This document shows positions 18,742 through 29,606 of a stretch of DNA of 64,000 bases, piece by piece. The first letter of the stretch is position 1. Every line of letters starts with the position of its first letter. The translations under genes and the position numbers were made by a program. The DNA is taken from the IMG/VR virus record IMGVR_UViG_3300044821_000127, positions 3,361 through 67,360 of that record. One strand, 5' to 3'. The notes under the pieces are model-generated. The model saw only the letters and a list, made by a program, of their open reading frames with translations. It made no database searches and was not told the origin of the DNA. This DNA is from a virus.

Positions 18742-19370
18742 ATCGGCATTGGGTTAATCTTCGCAATTCCAGCCTGATACAAACCTACATGATGAAAGCG
18801 TAGCGGCCCCCACGGATCATTTTCTGCGGGGGCTTCGTTTATCTTGATTGTCTTATACGGATGGCTGCACCATGGTGGAACGTCCGGCACGACATCACCC
18901 TCATTCCAATAAGCATGGATGTTTTTTATCGGCGCAAGAAGTTGAAAGAGCTTGTCTCCTCCGGTGGTTGGCGGAGCAAGAGGAATTAGTGCGATCGGCG
19001 GGCGCCCCTCCAACATCATCCGAGCGGCGTAAATCGTAACTTCCGCCGCGCCCCGCGAATGCCCGGTCCCGATCCAATTACTTCCCACCACATTAAGTAA
19101 ATTATAAAATGGGGCGTCCATTCCAACCATAAACCCATCAGCGATCCAACCCAATCCCTCACGATAAATCGGAAACGCTTCAAAATTCCTTACCCAATCC
19201 TCCGTATTACTACTCCCACGAAATGCCACCACATCAAGATTCCCAAGCCTCTTTACCCCCACATAAGTATCATCATTTAACTTCCCTTGAAAGATATAGT
19301 CAAAGGGAAAACTGCTGTCATACGTTCCGGCGCAAATATCAGCAATATCCAATTCACTAATTGTCACCAT
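18726..19370 (-). CDS. class 3 lipase (alpha/beta hydrolase)
   Basis: VAFRGS, GHSRG nucleophile elbow, D.VP.VP, late His (FHH); start refined by GGAG RBS. Confidence 0.85.
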   Translation of the reverse strand: MVTISELDIADICAGTYDSSFPFDYIFQGKLNDDTYVGVKRLGNLDVVAFRGSSNTEDWVRNFEAFPIYREGLGWIADGFMVGMDAPFYNLLNVVGSNWIGTGHSRGAAEVTIYAARMMLEGRPPIALIPLAPPTTGGDKLFQLLAPIKNIHAYWNEGDVVPDVPPWCSHPYKTIKINEAPAENDPWGPLRFHHVGLYQAGIAKINPMPIYEVE

Positions 19371-19489
19371 GGCCATACTCCATTTACTTTCATGGCTATG
19401 AAAATAAAGACCGCTGAGGCAAACATTAGGATAAGAATGCCTGCCACAGCGGCCCAAACGCTACCATCAATGGGGTCTTCTTGTTTCAT
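19364..19489 (-). CDS. small single-TM protein
   Basis: VWAAVAGILILMFASAVFIFIAM. Confidence 0.5.
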   Translation of the reverse strand: MKQEDPIDGSVWAAVAGILILMFASAVFIFIAMKVNGVWPW

Positions 19490-19490
19490 T

Positions 19491-19961
19491 TTATGGAAGA
19501 GGTAGAACGGGGAGGATGCCGGTAATTCCACCGGTGGCCGCCGCGCCGCCCGCAATACTAATAAGTTTATTGATAGTAGTTTGTGTATCGATGACGAGGG
19601 GCGCGCAAGCAAGGTTTAGCGGCTTTAGGGAGTTTTGCACATTATTGGCTGAGGCATTCAAATCACGTAATTTCTGAAAAGCCAGCACAGCCCCAACATT
19701 TGTGGCAGGAGTAAAGCTTGGCAAAGTTGGCAACCAAGTAATAAGATAATCATAGCATTGATAAGCCGTTTGATCCCCGGTCGCATGGGCATCAGCAGTA
19801 GCCGCAGTAAGGTCGGAAAGGGTAAAGGCCTTTAGTTGAGCAAGTGGATCAGTAGAAGTTACAATTGGAGAAGTAGTAGCCGGCGCTGAAACCTGCACCT
19901 GCCCCGAGCACGCCGAAAGAAGTGGAAGAGCAAGGGCAAGAATGATAAGTTTACTTTTCAT
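19491..19961 (-). CDS. lipoprotein, spanin candidate
   Basis: Signal peptide with lipobox LSAC; hydrophobic C-terminus; in lysis cassette. Confidence 0.65.
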   Translation of the reverse strand: MKSKLIILALALPLLSACSGQVQVSAPATTSPIVTSTDPLAQLKAFTLSDLTAATADAHATGDQTAYQCYDYLITWLPTLPSFTPATNVGAVLAFQKLRDLNASANNVQNSLKPLNLACAPLVIDTQTTINKLISIAGGAAATGGITGILPVLPLP

Positions 19962-19963
19962 AG

Positions 19964-20353
19964 TTAAACTCCTGGAGCTTGAGCAACAGTGGCAACGGGA
20001 ATAGTCTCGGAAGAAACAGCAATACTCGGAACATTAACTGGAATAGCCTCAACCTTATCGTGCAAATTCTTTACCGCCTCCAATAAGGAAGTAAGATCAG
20101 CTTGGGGCGGAAGCTGGGCGATAATTTGATCCACCCATTCCTTCGGTACTCCGACCGCTTCAATCTTCCCAATCTCCTTCTGCCCGAACGGGGAATCGGT
20201 AAACAACCTAAGTCCCATAAAGACAATTCCAATAACCTCCACCGCATCCGAAGCATAAGCTTGCACAATTTCGGGCGGAAGATGCCGTCCGAAAACCCCC
20301 GCAATCATAACAATTACAAAGGTAATTGCCGTCTTGTATCCTTTTACATTCAT
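19964..20353 (-). CDS. two-TM membrane protein (holin candidate)
   Basis: MNVKGYKT start plus two TM segments, directly after endolysin. Confidence 0.55.
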   Translation of the reverse strand: MNVKGYKTAITFVIVMIAGVFGRHLPPEIVQAYASDAVEVIGIVFMGLRLFTDSPFGQKEIGKIEAVGVPKEWVDQIIAQLPPQADLTSLLEAVKNLHDKVEAIPVNVPSIAVSSETIPVATVAQAPGV

Positions 20354-20356
20354 TTT

Positions 20357-20866
20357 CTATACTCCTAAATTAGGGGACATCAGTGCTCCCCAGTTATCAA
20401 TAGCAGACACGCCCACTATTGCATTCCATTTATTAACATACTCCTGGATTGTCGCCGCGCCGCCAGCAGTATTATAGTAGGCTTTATAGTAGTTTGCTTG
20501 TCCGATAAGATCTAGCGGTATGGCGCCGGGCGCCCGCAGGTAGTGCAATCGGCAAACTCCCGCCGCATACAGTGGATACATTATCAAACAATGCCAATCT
20601 TGCCCAACAGTCGGCGGTAACAAACTCATCAACTTCTCCCCAAGCACCTTGTGATATTTTAGGTAGTTTTTCCAAAGATCATTATGATCTATCGGCTCAT
20701 CTTGAAAATAACCTAATGCAGGACCGTTATGCTGTTGAACGTTTTGTAAATTACTTTCTTGCAGCGCCGTTCCAAGCATTATTTGTTCCGCCTCAAAACT
20801 ACCCAACCCAAGAGCCTCATTTGCCGGGCGGATAATCGTATTCACAAATTTATTCGGCGTCATCAT
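20357..20866 (-). CDS. endolysin (lysozyme/transglycosylase-like)
   Basis: GTALQES...GPALGYFQ.EP..H.DLW...A.YYK.YYNT..G pattern. Confidence 0.75.
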   Translation of the reverse strand: MMTPNKFVNTIIRPANEALGLGSFEAEQIMLGTALQESNLQNVQQHNGPALGYFQDEPIDHNDLWKNYLKYHKVLGEKLMSLLPPTVGQDWHCLIMYPLYAAGVCRLHYLRAPGAIPLDLIGQANYYKAYYNTAGGAATIQEYVNKWNAIVGVSAIDNWGALMSPNLGV

Positions 20867-21198
20867 TATCTTTCTCCCGCAGCACAAGACATTTTAGAGG
20901 TAAGAAAGGCCAACTGCTGTTCAAGCTTGGCGATTCTTTCTCTTTGATCTACCATGGTATCGGCCAACTTAAGTTGAGATTTTGCCGTGGCATCCGCAAG
21001 TTCCAATCTCATTACAGTAGTGATGTTTGATAATGCTAAATTATCCCTAACAATGGTGTCAATCCTTTTGCTGTCTTCCACCACTTGAAATTGAATTTCT
21101 CCGAACCGAACAAATACCACAGCCCCCGATACCACAAGAGAAACGAAGATAGCTACCAATTGCCAATTAAGCGGCGGTTTATGAACTTCTTCCATCAT
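20866..21198 (-). CDS. TM plus coiled-coil lysis-region protein
   Basis: N-terminal TM then heptad-rich region. Confidence 0.55.
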   Translation of the reverse strand: MMEEVHKPPLNWQLVAIFVSLVVSGAVVFVRFGEIQFQVVEDSKRIDTIVRDNLALSNITTVMRLELADATAKSQLKLADTMVDQRERIAKLEQQLAFLTSKMSCAAGER

Positions 21199-21439
21199 CC
21201 TCCTCCTCATCCTCAGAATGTTGAAAAAATATCAAATTGCCCTTGTTCCGCCGATTCACCCCATCATATTTACCTTTGCCAATTGCTCTATGCCATGTCC
21301 AAATGGTAAAGATTATGCCAATAACAAGACTAATAAATGCCAAAATGGTGTTAATTTGTTGAAGCCATTGATACCACGCGGGTGCGGAAGTTGTCACCGC
21401 AATTGCAACAGTTTCATCACCGGTAAGCGGGCTTGCCAT
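21179..21439 (-). CDS. holin candidate
   Basis: TM segment ILAFISLVIGIIFTIW and charged tail; start of lysis cassette. Confidence 0.5.
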   Translation of the reverse strand: MASPLTGDETVAIAVTTSAPAWYQWLQQINTILAFISLVIGIIFTIWTWHRAIGKGKYDGVNRRNKGNLIFFQHSEDEEEDDGRSS

Positions 21440-21467
21440 TATTTTACCTTTCCAATCAGAGAATTGA

Positions 21468-24400
21468 TTAGTCTTCAAGTTTTTCTAGCCTCGCCCGAGT
21501 AGCATCGTGGATGATGTGTGGATATTTCATCATGATGATACCCCGCGCCGCCTCGCGGGATTCTTTAATTGACTGAGTAATAACATCCCGTTGGATATGC
21601 GGCGCCCAAGTATTCCAATCAGGAGATTTTACTATCACATCAAGTCGGCTCTTACTCATGCGCCCGGCAATACGGGAGAAGTTATCATACTCATCATCAG
21701 TAAGATCCACATTTCGAATACTTCTTGGGAGTTGAGACGGAAAGACGCCGAGATTGGAAAGAGCAAGATTTACCGGATCATGAGAAAGCTGTTGTTCCCA
21801 AAGAGCGGAAACGGCTGCGCCGCCCAGCGCAGTACGGGAGGAGATTGGTTCCCCCCAAATATTTCTTCTTGGAAGAAGATCAAGAGACTGCCCCGGTACC
21901 TTGGATTTAATTGCATCCATAATGCTTCTAGTTTGCCGGGAATATGGATCTACTGCTCGGGCAATTTGTGCGCTACCGACCGAGAATGGAACGAAGGAGG
22001 AAAGGAAATTCTGAATATACCTATCTCCATACCGATCGGGGTCTTCCACGGCTTTGATTAATTCCGCCGGCCCGCGCATGAAACTTTCATCAAGGACAGT
22101 TTGGGCAATGGAATGGGCAAAGGAAACGGCGGCTTCGGTAAGATCGGCTGAATGCGCTACGTCATACATATCGGCGGCAATGCCCGTCATCATGCCAAGC
22201 GACCCCAACCGATGGGTATCATACCACATGTCACCGATTTTAACTGAAAATGGCTGATTACCGGCAAGACGCCAAACTGCCGCTTCACGCGGATCGGTTG
22301 GGGGTGAGCCGGTAGTAAGTCCCATGCCCTTCATTGCTCCAAATCCAATAGCTACCGCCGTTCCCAGGATCATCTTTGCCCACGCCATATCCTGAGCAAC
22401 CTTATTCTTTCCAAAAAGATCGGCGCGGATCTCCGGGGCAAGAATTCCGGCCGGCGTGCGCTTAAGCAAGCCTTCGGAAATAACATTAGAGGTGATATGA
22501 ACAAAGGGATCGATGAATTTCAGGAATGGGAAGCCAAAGAACTCGGTATTGGTTAATCTAGATAATGTTTGAACAAACTGACCGCCCCCCGCCATCAAAG
22601 TCTTTTCATAAGATTGCGGCACCGCCTTTGACATCATCTCCTCAGTTGGATTTTGCCAAAGATCGGCAACGCGACTTTTAAACGCATCCCCCGTCAATCC
22701 CTCCACCGTGGCTTGTCGATAAGCTAAGGCTGATTTATTTACTGAGAAATTCTCTCCCAAGAAAAAGCTATGAATCATTGCTACGCTACGGCCAGGAAGC
22801 CTCGCCGCCGTGCCAACCGGCAATACTGTTGTTCCCTTATACTGCAAATTCGGTATTGCCCCGATTCCGCTAAACTCCCATCCAAGCAGCGGGGCATTTT
22901 CCTTGCCGTCGGAAAGCAAGGTTCCGTAGGATTTAATTGCGTCAAGAGTGCCCCGACCAAGGGAGAAAGAATATTCCTTTAGTTCATGTGGGGAAAGGGT
23001 TTGTTCTATGTGAGCGGGGGTAACAAGTTCCGTACCTTGTTGAAACGGGAGAGAGCGCCGCCCCGTTTCGCCGGGGAGTAATGACCCAACTCCTGTTTGC
23101 GCCGCCTCCATAGTTCCTTTAATTGCAGCCGGAAGACCTTGCACAGCCCCCTTAAATCCGGCCGGCACTTCACCAAAGTAAACCCGCTCGCCTTTATTTC
23201 CAAGGGCTTCGCGCCCTGCACCAATAAGTGCCGCCATGGCCGTTTCAGGCCCCGCACCGTAACTAAGTAAAAGTGCATTACCGATAGTATACGTACTGTG
23301 CGTTGCTGGGCCAGAAATCAACCCATTAATCCAATATTCCAAAACCATCCGCCCGAAACTTCTCTTTACTGAGTCTCGAACAGTTTTACTAACCTGCTGC
23401 GGGGTATCAAGTTTTCCGATAAGTTCCGCCTCTTGGGCAAGCTGGAAATAAGTCTTTCCAGTAGCCTTTTTCAAGAACTCATTAACTGCTGCAACATCAG
23501 TCATTTCCTCGGTAAGAGAATGAAATGCCCGAAGTGCCCGACCTGCCTCCGCAGTAATGCCACTCACTTGTCCTTGAATCATCGTGTGGCGGGCTTTGGC
23601 CTCTGCAAAAGCAATCAATGTAGGTATGTCGTTCTTTTCCCCGACCGCCTGTGCCGCCGATCGAACGTCCTTAGCCGACTGTACCAGCAACATCCGTGCT
23701 GCAACAATTTGTTCCGCATTAAATGTCTGACCCAACTTCCTTTTACTAAGCTCATTGGCATCCATTCCGAGAGAATCGGCAAGATCAATTACTTGTCCAT
23801 CGGTAATAATCCCACGCCGTTCGCCAATAAATCCACCATTTTGGCTGGCAATTTCCTTAATTACCTTACCAACATCCTCGGTGGTATTCAACAACTCCAC
23901 CCGAATATTTCCGGCCTTATCTACGAATTCTCCTGACCGGTCTGCAATTGGTCGGTTGGGATTTGTTCGGCTGTCGGGGGCGGGACTAAGCTCATTCCCT
24001 TTTGCCTCAGACTCACTTCCGCCATTGCGCTCCGCTGCATTTGCCTCACCACCGCCGCCGCTTCCGGACTGAGATTTGGATTCATTCCCATTTCTTGCAG
24101 GTTCGCCATTTCTTTCTGCACTTGGGCCAACTTGTCCTGTGGGCTCAATATTTCCTGTTCCTGACTCTGCGGCTCGCTTGGCTTCGATTTCGGCTTGGGC
24201 GCTTTCGATTTCATTCTTTATCTCCGGCTTCAACGTTTCCAGTTGTTGGGCGCGCTCGGCAGAAATTCTATCTGCGGCGGCCTCGGCCTCATGGGGTTCA
24301 GTTTCATTGGCGTCGTTTTCATGAATATCTGCCAAGGTTTTCGGGGGAATATTCTCCTCCACAACTACTGTCCGCTTCGGCTCATTAGACAAAAGCCGGT

Positions 24401-26261
24401 CAAATACCCCCCGTATATCATCATTAATCGGCACACCAAGATTTTTTATTGTGGAGTAAATTTTAGTAAGCCAATCCTTGAACTTGCCGAAGACCTCAGC
24501 CAACTTTCCGCTTGGGGCCACACCCTCCCGAAAGTATTGTTCCCCCCACTTGGCAAATTGCTCATGATGACTATTCTTTATTTGCCTAGAAGATGTAAGT
24601 TTCATGGATTTAAGAACGGTAGTTGCGTCATCTTTCAAAGCTTGCGGAGCTTGTGGATCGGCCGCATACCGCATAAGTTCATCCAACCACATGTGGGAGA
24701 ATTCATGAACTACGGTGGAGGGGTTGTCATTTCCGGTAAAGAGTTTTAGAGTGTATTTATTATCCCCAACGGTAAGAGAACCATTTCTGGTTTGATCAAA
24801 GGTTAGGTCATTCGGGGCCTTGGGAGGTTGAGAAATGGAGAATTCCGGCGCTTCTGGTTTAGGCTGCACGGCCTTAATTTCTAAATTTGCCGCCTTGTAC
24901 ATATCAAGGGCGGACCCTTTTTGCCCGCCAAATAATTCACTCCAGGCATCGTAATGCGCGGCGAGAAGCTGGGCTTCCGCATTGGCCTGTTCGGGCGCGC
25001 GCCCGGCAGCAAGGAGCTTTTGCTCTACATCGGCCGAAACAACCTTGGCCGCTTCACTTGGGCCGGTAATTGGAGCAGTTGGGGCGCTCGGCGCATTTTC
25101 AATACTACCAGCTTCTTCGGGCTTCACGCCCTGTTCAACAACATTCACCCCATGCCGTTCGGCCGCCCGTCGATAAGCCGCGCTAACTTCCGGCCCAAGA
25201 TCATCAAGAAGGGTTTGTGCACCATTCAGCCTATTTTGAATAACCGCCCGATCTTCACCCTCCCCAAGATTATCCAAATGCTCTTTAAACGTATCTCGCA
25301 TTTGAGTAAGATTATCATACTCCCGAAATAACTCCGGTTCACTTGCCCGAACTTGTTCATGAAGATTAACCGGGCGCTGGGCACCATTTACCAAACTATC
25401 TTCTGCCTGGGCAATGGCCATATTAGTTGCCCCAGCGGCGGGCGCAATATCCTCAGTACCTTGAAATACCCCCTCAGTAACGCCTGGCCCGGCAACTTTA
25501 GCATCGCCTGCATTGGCGATAGTCGGGGTTGGGCGGAGTGTTTCCCGAACGGGGCGCGCGCCAAACTCAGTAATAGCCTCACCAAGCTTATTAGGCTTGT
25601 TAAATACAATTCCAAATCCCGTTGCAATGGCAATATTTCGCCAATTCAAATCCTCGCCACTCGCCGCTTCTTGCCCAAGTTCCATGCCCCCCATCAACCC
25701 ACCACCAAATACCCGGCTTGTCGCCGGATTACTCATGATGCGCTGAAGGGCCGTGGCACCTTCGGGGACAGCAAAACCGGTAAACTTACCGGGAGACATA
25801 GTAAGGGCATACGGAAGCAACCCGCCGAGAAAACTTGCTGTCGGCTGTTGCTGTTCATCCAATCTTTGCTGCCGATCACTCTGCCCAAGTGCCTCGGTCC
25901 AACTATCGGGAAGCTTATGGAGAAGCCAATTTTGTGCGGCACTTACCGCCGTTGCGCCCGCAAATCCAGCAGCCACGCCACCGATCAATCCACCAAGAGG
26001 AGCAGCAATCGGAGCTGCCGGCCCGGTCATCAGCCCCAATCCCGCACCGAGTTCCGCACCAGCCCCCGCAGCTACTAAACTACCAGCGGCCGGCAATGCA
26101 CCCCTTACTGCTGCCCGAGTTCCAGCCCCCATTACTCCAATATCAGTATCTAACTCCTGATTGCCTGCAATCTGTGCAAAAGGATTAGCAGTCTCCGTTG
26201 GAGAATTTGCCCTTCTTCCCGTCATTATTTCTTCAAAGGGATTGATAATTTCTTCACTCAT
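21468..26261 (-). CDS. large ejection / polyvalent protein with zincin metallopeptidase-like domain
   Basis: HEFSH...HEQFA..F..FKDWL; last of three internal virion genes; Gly/Ala-rich N-terminus. Confidence 0.7.
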   Translation of the reverse strand: MSEEIINPFEEIMTGRRANSPTETANPFAQIAGNQELDTDIGVMGAGTRAAVRGALPAAGSLVAAGAGAELGAGLGLMTGPAAPIAAPLGGLIGGVAAGFAGATAVSAAQNWLLHKLPDSWTEALGQSDRQQRLDEQQQPTASFLGGLLPYALTMSPGKFTGFAVPEGATALQRIMSNPATSRVFGGGLMGGMELGQEAASGEDLNWRNIAIATGFGIVFNKPNKLGEAITEFGARPVRETLRPTPTIANAGDAKVAGPGVTEGVFQGTEDIAPAAGATNMAIAQAEDSLVNGAQRPVNLHEQVRASEPELFREYDNLTQMRDTFKEHLDNLGEGEDRAVIQNRLNGAQTLLDDLGPEVSAAYRRAAERHGVNVVEQGVKPEEAGSIENAPSAPTAPITGPSEAAKVVSADVEQKLLAAGRAPEQANAEAQLLAAHYDAWSELFGGQKGSALDMYKAANLEIKAVQPKPEAPEFSISQPPKAPNDLTFDQTRNGSLTVGDNKYTLKLFTGNDNPSTVVHEFSHMWLDELMRYAADPQAPQALKDDATTVLKSMKLTSSRQIKNSHHEQFAKWGEQYFREGVAPSGKLAEVFGKFKDWLTKIYSTIKNLGVPINDDIRGVFDRLLSNEPKRTVVVEENIPPKTLADIHENDANETEPHEAEAAADRISAERAQQLETLKPEIKNEIESAQAEIEAKRAAESGTGNIEPTGQVGPSAERNGEPARNGNESKSQSGSGGGGEANAAERNGGSESEAKGNELSPAPDSRTNPNRPIADRSGEFVDKAGNIRVELLNTTEDVGKVIKEIASQNGGFIGERRGIITDGQVIDLADSLGMDANELSKRKLGQTFNAEQIVAARMLLVQSAKDVRSAAQAVGEKNDIPTLIAFAEAKARHTMIQGQVSGITAEAGRALRAFHSLTEEMTDVAAVNEFLKKATGKTYFQLAQEAELIGKLDTPQQVSKTVRDSVKRSFGRMVLEYWINGLISGPATHSTYTIGNALLLSYGAGPETAMAALIGAGREALGNKGERVYFGEVPAGFKGAVQGLPAAIKGTMEAAQTGVGSLLPGETGRRSLPFQQGTELVTPAHIEQTLSPHELKEYSFSLGRGTLDAIKSYGTLLSDGKENAPLLGWEFSGIGAIPNLQYKGTTVLPVGTAARLPGRSVAMIHSFFLGENFSVNKSALAYRQATVEGLTGDAFKSRVADLWQNPTEEMMSKAVPQSYEKTLMAGGGQFVQTLSRLTNTEFFGFPFLKFIDPFVHITSNVISEGLLKRTPAGILAPEIRADLFGKNKVAQDMAWAKMILGTAVAIGFGAMKGMGLTTGSPPTDPREAAVWRLAGNQPFSVKIGDMWYDTHRLGSLGMMTGIAADMYDVAHSADLTEAAVSFAHSIAQTVLDESFMRGPAELIKAVEDPDRYGDRYIQNFLSSFVPFSVGSAQIARAVDPYSRQTRSIMDAIKSKVPGQSLDLLPRRNIWGEPISSRTALGGAAVSALWEQQLSHDPVNLALSNLGVFPSQLPRSIRNVDLTDDEYDNFSRIAGRMSKSRLDVIVKSPDWNTWAPHIQRDVITQSIKESREAARGIIMMKYPHIIHDATRARLEKLED

Positions 26262-28615
26262 TGAATTTGCTCCGACCAAGGTTCATTAAGACTTTGTTCA
26301 GTTTTTGGCTTGGTCATCTTTCTAATTAATTCTTCGGCGCGAATTCCGGTCTTGCCAAAGTAGTTGTCAAAATTGGCAATATTTTCTGGAGTTGGGCTAG
26401 AAATAAGATAAGATAATGCTTGTGACCATCTATTCATATTTTCATTAGTCTTGTCTTTAAACGGAAGGAGACTAATTGCATTTTTCCACTCATCAGAATT
26501 TACTACTTCTTTTGGAGCGGTCGGAATATTTTGTGTCTTTCCGGGGACTACTGGACTATTGTCATTTTCTCCCAATGCCGTAAGCCTCTCCCTTTCCATT
26601 TGATCTCTCGGCCGCATACCCTTTATCAAGTCATCAATCTTATCTTGAGTAAGAAAATCCCAAGGATTTTTTCCCTGCTTAACCCATTCGTCAAAGCTTT
26701 GGTTAAACTTAGGAATGAATTGGGAGTTGAAGATTTGTTCCCCTTTCGGGTCACGAATTTTAATCGGCCCGGTATCTTGCTCGAAACTAAGCTTACCTTT
26801 TGCATAGTTGTAGAAGCCCGCCATGGTACGATTTACTGCCGCATCATCGGCGGACTTGAAATTCATACTAAGCATACTATTAACCTTACTCACCCCCTCA
26901 GAGCTAAGACCATCCTTCCCATACCTTTGTAAAATATCCGCCGAGGTAGTAATTCTATTTGGATCGCCGACCGGCAATTGCAATGAATTTACTGCATCAT
27001 GAAATCCCGGCCCGTAATTTGCTTCTTCCCGATCATAGGCATTCTTACTTTCCTGTGTTACCATACTTTGGAGAAGATGAACCTCATTAGCTGAAAGGGA
27101 TGGATCGGCCGCAATTTTAGTAAGAAAATCGGGGGGAAGAGGATTAGTTTTTGCCCCAATAATTTGCCCCATATAGCCCTTAGTGGCCTTATCCGCCGCA
27201 TCCCTCTTAGCCGCCGCATCCTGCATACTAGCCACTTCTGCCGCCCGGTATTGTTCATTTATTCTCGACAAGGCCCATTTCTGTGCATCGGGGTTATCCT
27301 TAGTCATATCCATCGCCCGACCAATTACATCCGCCCGCGCTTGAAAACTACTTGGCGCTCCTAATTTCTTAGCAACCTGTTCCACGTAGGTTGAAGTTGC
27401 TGTTCCGTCGGAATCTGTTTTATCTTGTAACCAGGGTGTAGGACTGCCCAAAGGTGCCACATTTCCGGGGCCGGAAAAATATCCAACAGCAACTCTTTCG
27501 GGATCTCCGTTATATTTTGCTGAAAGGTCATTTATGATCCTTTCGCTTACTGTACGATTGTCAGTGGGATTATTAATATTTTCCCCTGGTCGGGCGTACT
27601 GCGCAAACGTTGCCGGCATTATCTGCCCTGGTCCAACAGCACCAGCACTACTATTGCCAACCTTATCACTGTTCCCGGATTCTTGCTTAAGTATCGCTGA
27701 GGAAATATCTTGAACGGAGAAGGGTTTATTTGGGACAGGAATTGCGCCATTAGATTGGGTGCCAAGACTTGCCGCTGTTCCGGCCATTGCGGCGCCCGCC
27801 GCATCTTCACCCACCTTCTTATCGTAATGACTCTTTACTGTATAACTCAACGCATCGTAGTTTGGTGCCCCTTGCATAATTGTTCTATTATCTTCAAGTA
27901 ACTTCTTCGCCGCGATTGGATCGGTGGGCAGTAAAGACTTAATCCTCACCTCCGCCACATCCCGCGCCGTGTCCAACATTGCATTCTTCATTGCGTTCGG
28001 ATCACCCGCAAGTCCATTTACTTGAAGCTGTTGGATTTTATATTCCAGGGCTTTGTGAATTGTGTCTTGGGCAAAGGTATCATCTTGCGGACGAAGAGCT
28101 ATGGATTGAAGGGCGGCGCTATATCCTTCTTTATTTACTTCATTTGCCCAAGCCGTTTGCTGTTGTTTACCATGGCGACCAAGTTCCCCCTCCATGTAGT
28201 ATTGCATACGGCGGGTATCAGTATCGAACTGGAGTTGGCTAGCGGAGGTTGTGAGGCCGGTGCGGAATTGGTCCCTAAGATCTTGAAGCTTTTGCTTATA
28301 CTCCGGAATAGCGCGTAAGGCATCAGCGCCCTTTAGCCCAAACACTCCTCCATCCACCTGTCCAGTAATTGGATCAGTTTTACCAGTTCCATATAGAAGG
28401 TCATTACTGGATTGGAGAAATTTATTAGTTTGGTCATCAGCCGCAACTTGGCCATAGAAGAGGGTTGCCGCTTCGGCGCCCGCCCCAGCTTTGGCCTCTC
28501 CTTGTGCAGCAAATCCACCGAAGCTGGCCGGGTTAGCTTGAATATGCTGATAATCTTCCGGCGGAGTGGCATTCGGGGCGACTTGAGCGACACCGTTGTA
28601 GTCAACTTGTGCCAT
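26258..28615 (-). CDS. internal virion (ejection) protein with lytic transglycosylase domain
   Basis: ILKQESG..SSAGAVGPGQIMPATF..AVGYFSGPG. Confidence 0.75.
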   Translation of the reverse strand: MAQVDYNGVAQVAPNATPPEDYQHIQANPASFGGFAAQGEAKAGAGAEAATLFYGQVAADDQTNKFLQSSNDLLYGTGKTDPITGQVDGGVFGLKGADALRAIPEYKQKLQDLRDQFRTGLTTSASQLQFDTDTRRMQYYMEGELGRHGKQQQTAWANEVNKEGYSAALQSIALRPQDDTFAQDTIHKALEYKIQQLQVNGLAGDPNAMKNAMLDTARDVAEVRIKSLLPTDPIAAKKLLEDNRTIMQGAPNYDALSYTVKSHYDKKVGEDAAGAAMAGTAASLGTQSNGAIPVPNKPFSVQDISSAILKQESGNSDKVGNSSAGAVGPGQIMPATFAQYARPGENINNPTDNRTVSERIINDLSAKYNGDPERVAVGYFSGPGNVAPLGSPTPWLQDKTDSDGTATSTYVEQVAKKLGAPSSFQARADVIGRAMDMTKDNPDAQKWALSRINEQYRAAEVASMQDAAAKRDAADKATKGYMGQIIGAKTNPLPPDFLTKIAADPSLSANEVHLLQSMVTQESKNAYDREEANYGPGFHDAVNSLQLPVGDPNRITTSADILQRYGKDGLSSEGVSKVNSMLSMNFKSADDAAVNRTMAGFYNYAKGKLSFEQDTGPIKIRDPKGEQIFNSQFIPKFNQSFDEWVKQGKNPWDFLTQDKIDDLIKGMRPRDQMERERLTALGENDNSPVVPGKTQNIPTAPKEVVNSDEWKNAISLLPFKDKTNENMNRWSQALSYLISSPTPENIANFDNYFGKTGIRAEELIRKMTKPKTEQSLNEPWSEQIQ

Positions 28616-29160
28616 TAGAAGTCTCCCGGATTGGCGGGGCTTCCACCACTGCTAGCCCCACTACCACTAGTTCCTGAAAGCCAGCTAGTAGGAATAGCTT
28701 TAGCCCCGGAAAGCAAAGAACCAGAAACCCCACCAGCCTCGGCAACTCCCGTTTGGCTTGCAGTAAGATTTTCCAGTCCCGCCTGAGCGGCATAACCAGT
28801 CCCAGCCACCTTATATCCATAAGCTTGAAGAAGCGCATTGCTCATTTGAGATTCGGTGTCTAGCTTGCCCAGTTCTCGTTGGCTTTCAATAACATCCGCC
28901 GCGCTACCAGTATTTACATCAACGCCATTCGCTCCGATTGCGGCCTTAATTTGTCCAATTTTTTGAGCATTGGCCATGCTAGTCATTTGGGCTTTTTCTT
29001 CGCCGGCCGCAATGGTATAATTGGCATTTTGTTGAGCGATGGTGGCGTTGTTAGCCGCAACTTGTGATTGGTAATGTGCTGCGGCGCCTTGCGCACTGGC
29101 GGAACTGTAGGCGCTATAGGCAGCAATTGCAACAGCTGCAACAGCAAGAACTGGAACCAT
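28615..29160 (-). CDS. small ejection protein (P22 gp7/T7 gp14-like)
   Basis: Ala-rich; GANGVDVNTGSAADV motif; gene position. Confidence 0.7.
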   Translation of the reverse strand: MVPVLAVAAVAIAAYSAYSSASAQGAAAHYQSQVAANNATIAQQNANYTIAAGEEKAQMTSMANAQKIGQIKAAIGANGVDVNTGSAADVIESQRELGKLDTESQMSNALLQAYGYKVAGTGYAAQAGLENLTASQTGVAEAGGVSGSLLSGAKAIPTSWLSGTSGSGASSGGSPANPGDF

Positions 29161-29606
29161 TATCTCTCTCCGCCATCAAATTCAAAATACGTCCACAGCT
29201 CATTATGATCAAACTCAGAAAAGCCCAGAAATTCTATAAATCGGCGTGCCCGAACATCACCATAAAATGTAGTGGCAAGAAGCTTAGAGTGGAATTCAAG
29301 AGCAAGAGCTACTTGCCGCTGTGACTCCTTCACAATTTCCTTAGGAAACTTCAATGCATTGGAATTAAGTGCAACCCAAATAAATCCAGCGCAGGAAACT
29401 GCCGAGCCGGAAATTCCGCCAATACCGCACAATTTCCCGTCCACCACCCAAATCTTTCGATAATAGGACTCGTTGAAAACCTTACTCATTTCTCGGTGAA
29501 CATTCATGTTATAGTTCTCAATATAGCCGATTAAATCACTACGAAGTGTCCTTGCCATTTGACCCACATGCCAGGACTTGGCTTCTTTGACTTCAAAAAC
29601 GTGCAT
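29160..29606 (-). CDS. GNAT-fold internal virion protein A-like (T7 gp13 position)
   Basis: RARRFIEFLGF; lies between nozzle and ejection genes. Confidence 0.6.
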   Translation of the reverse strand: MHVFEVKEAKSWHVGQMARTLRSDLIGYIENYNMNVHREMSKVFNESYYRKIWVVDGKLCGIGGISGSAVSCAGFIWVALNSNALKFPKEIVKESQRQVALALEFHSKLLATTFYGDVRARRFIEFLGFSEFDHNELWTYFEFDGGER

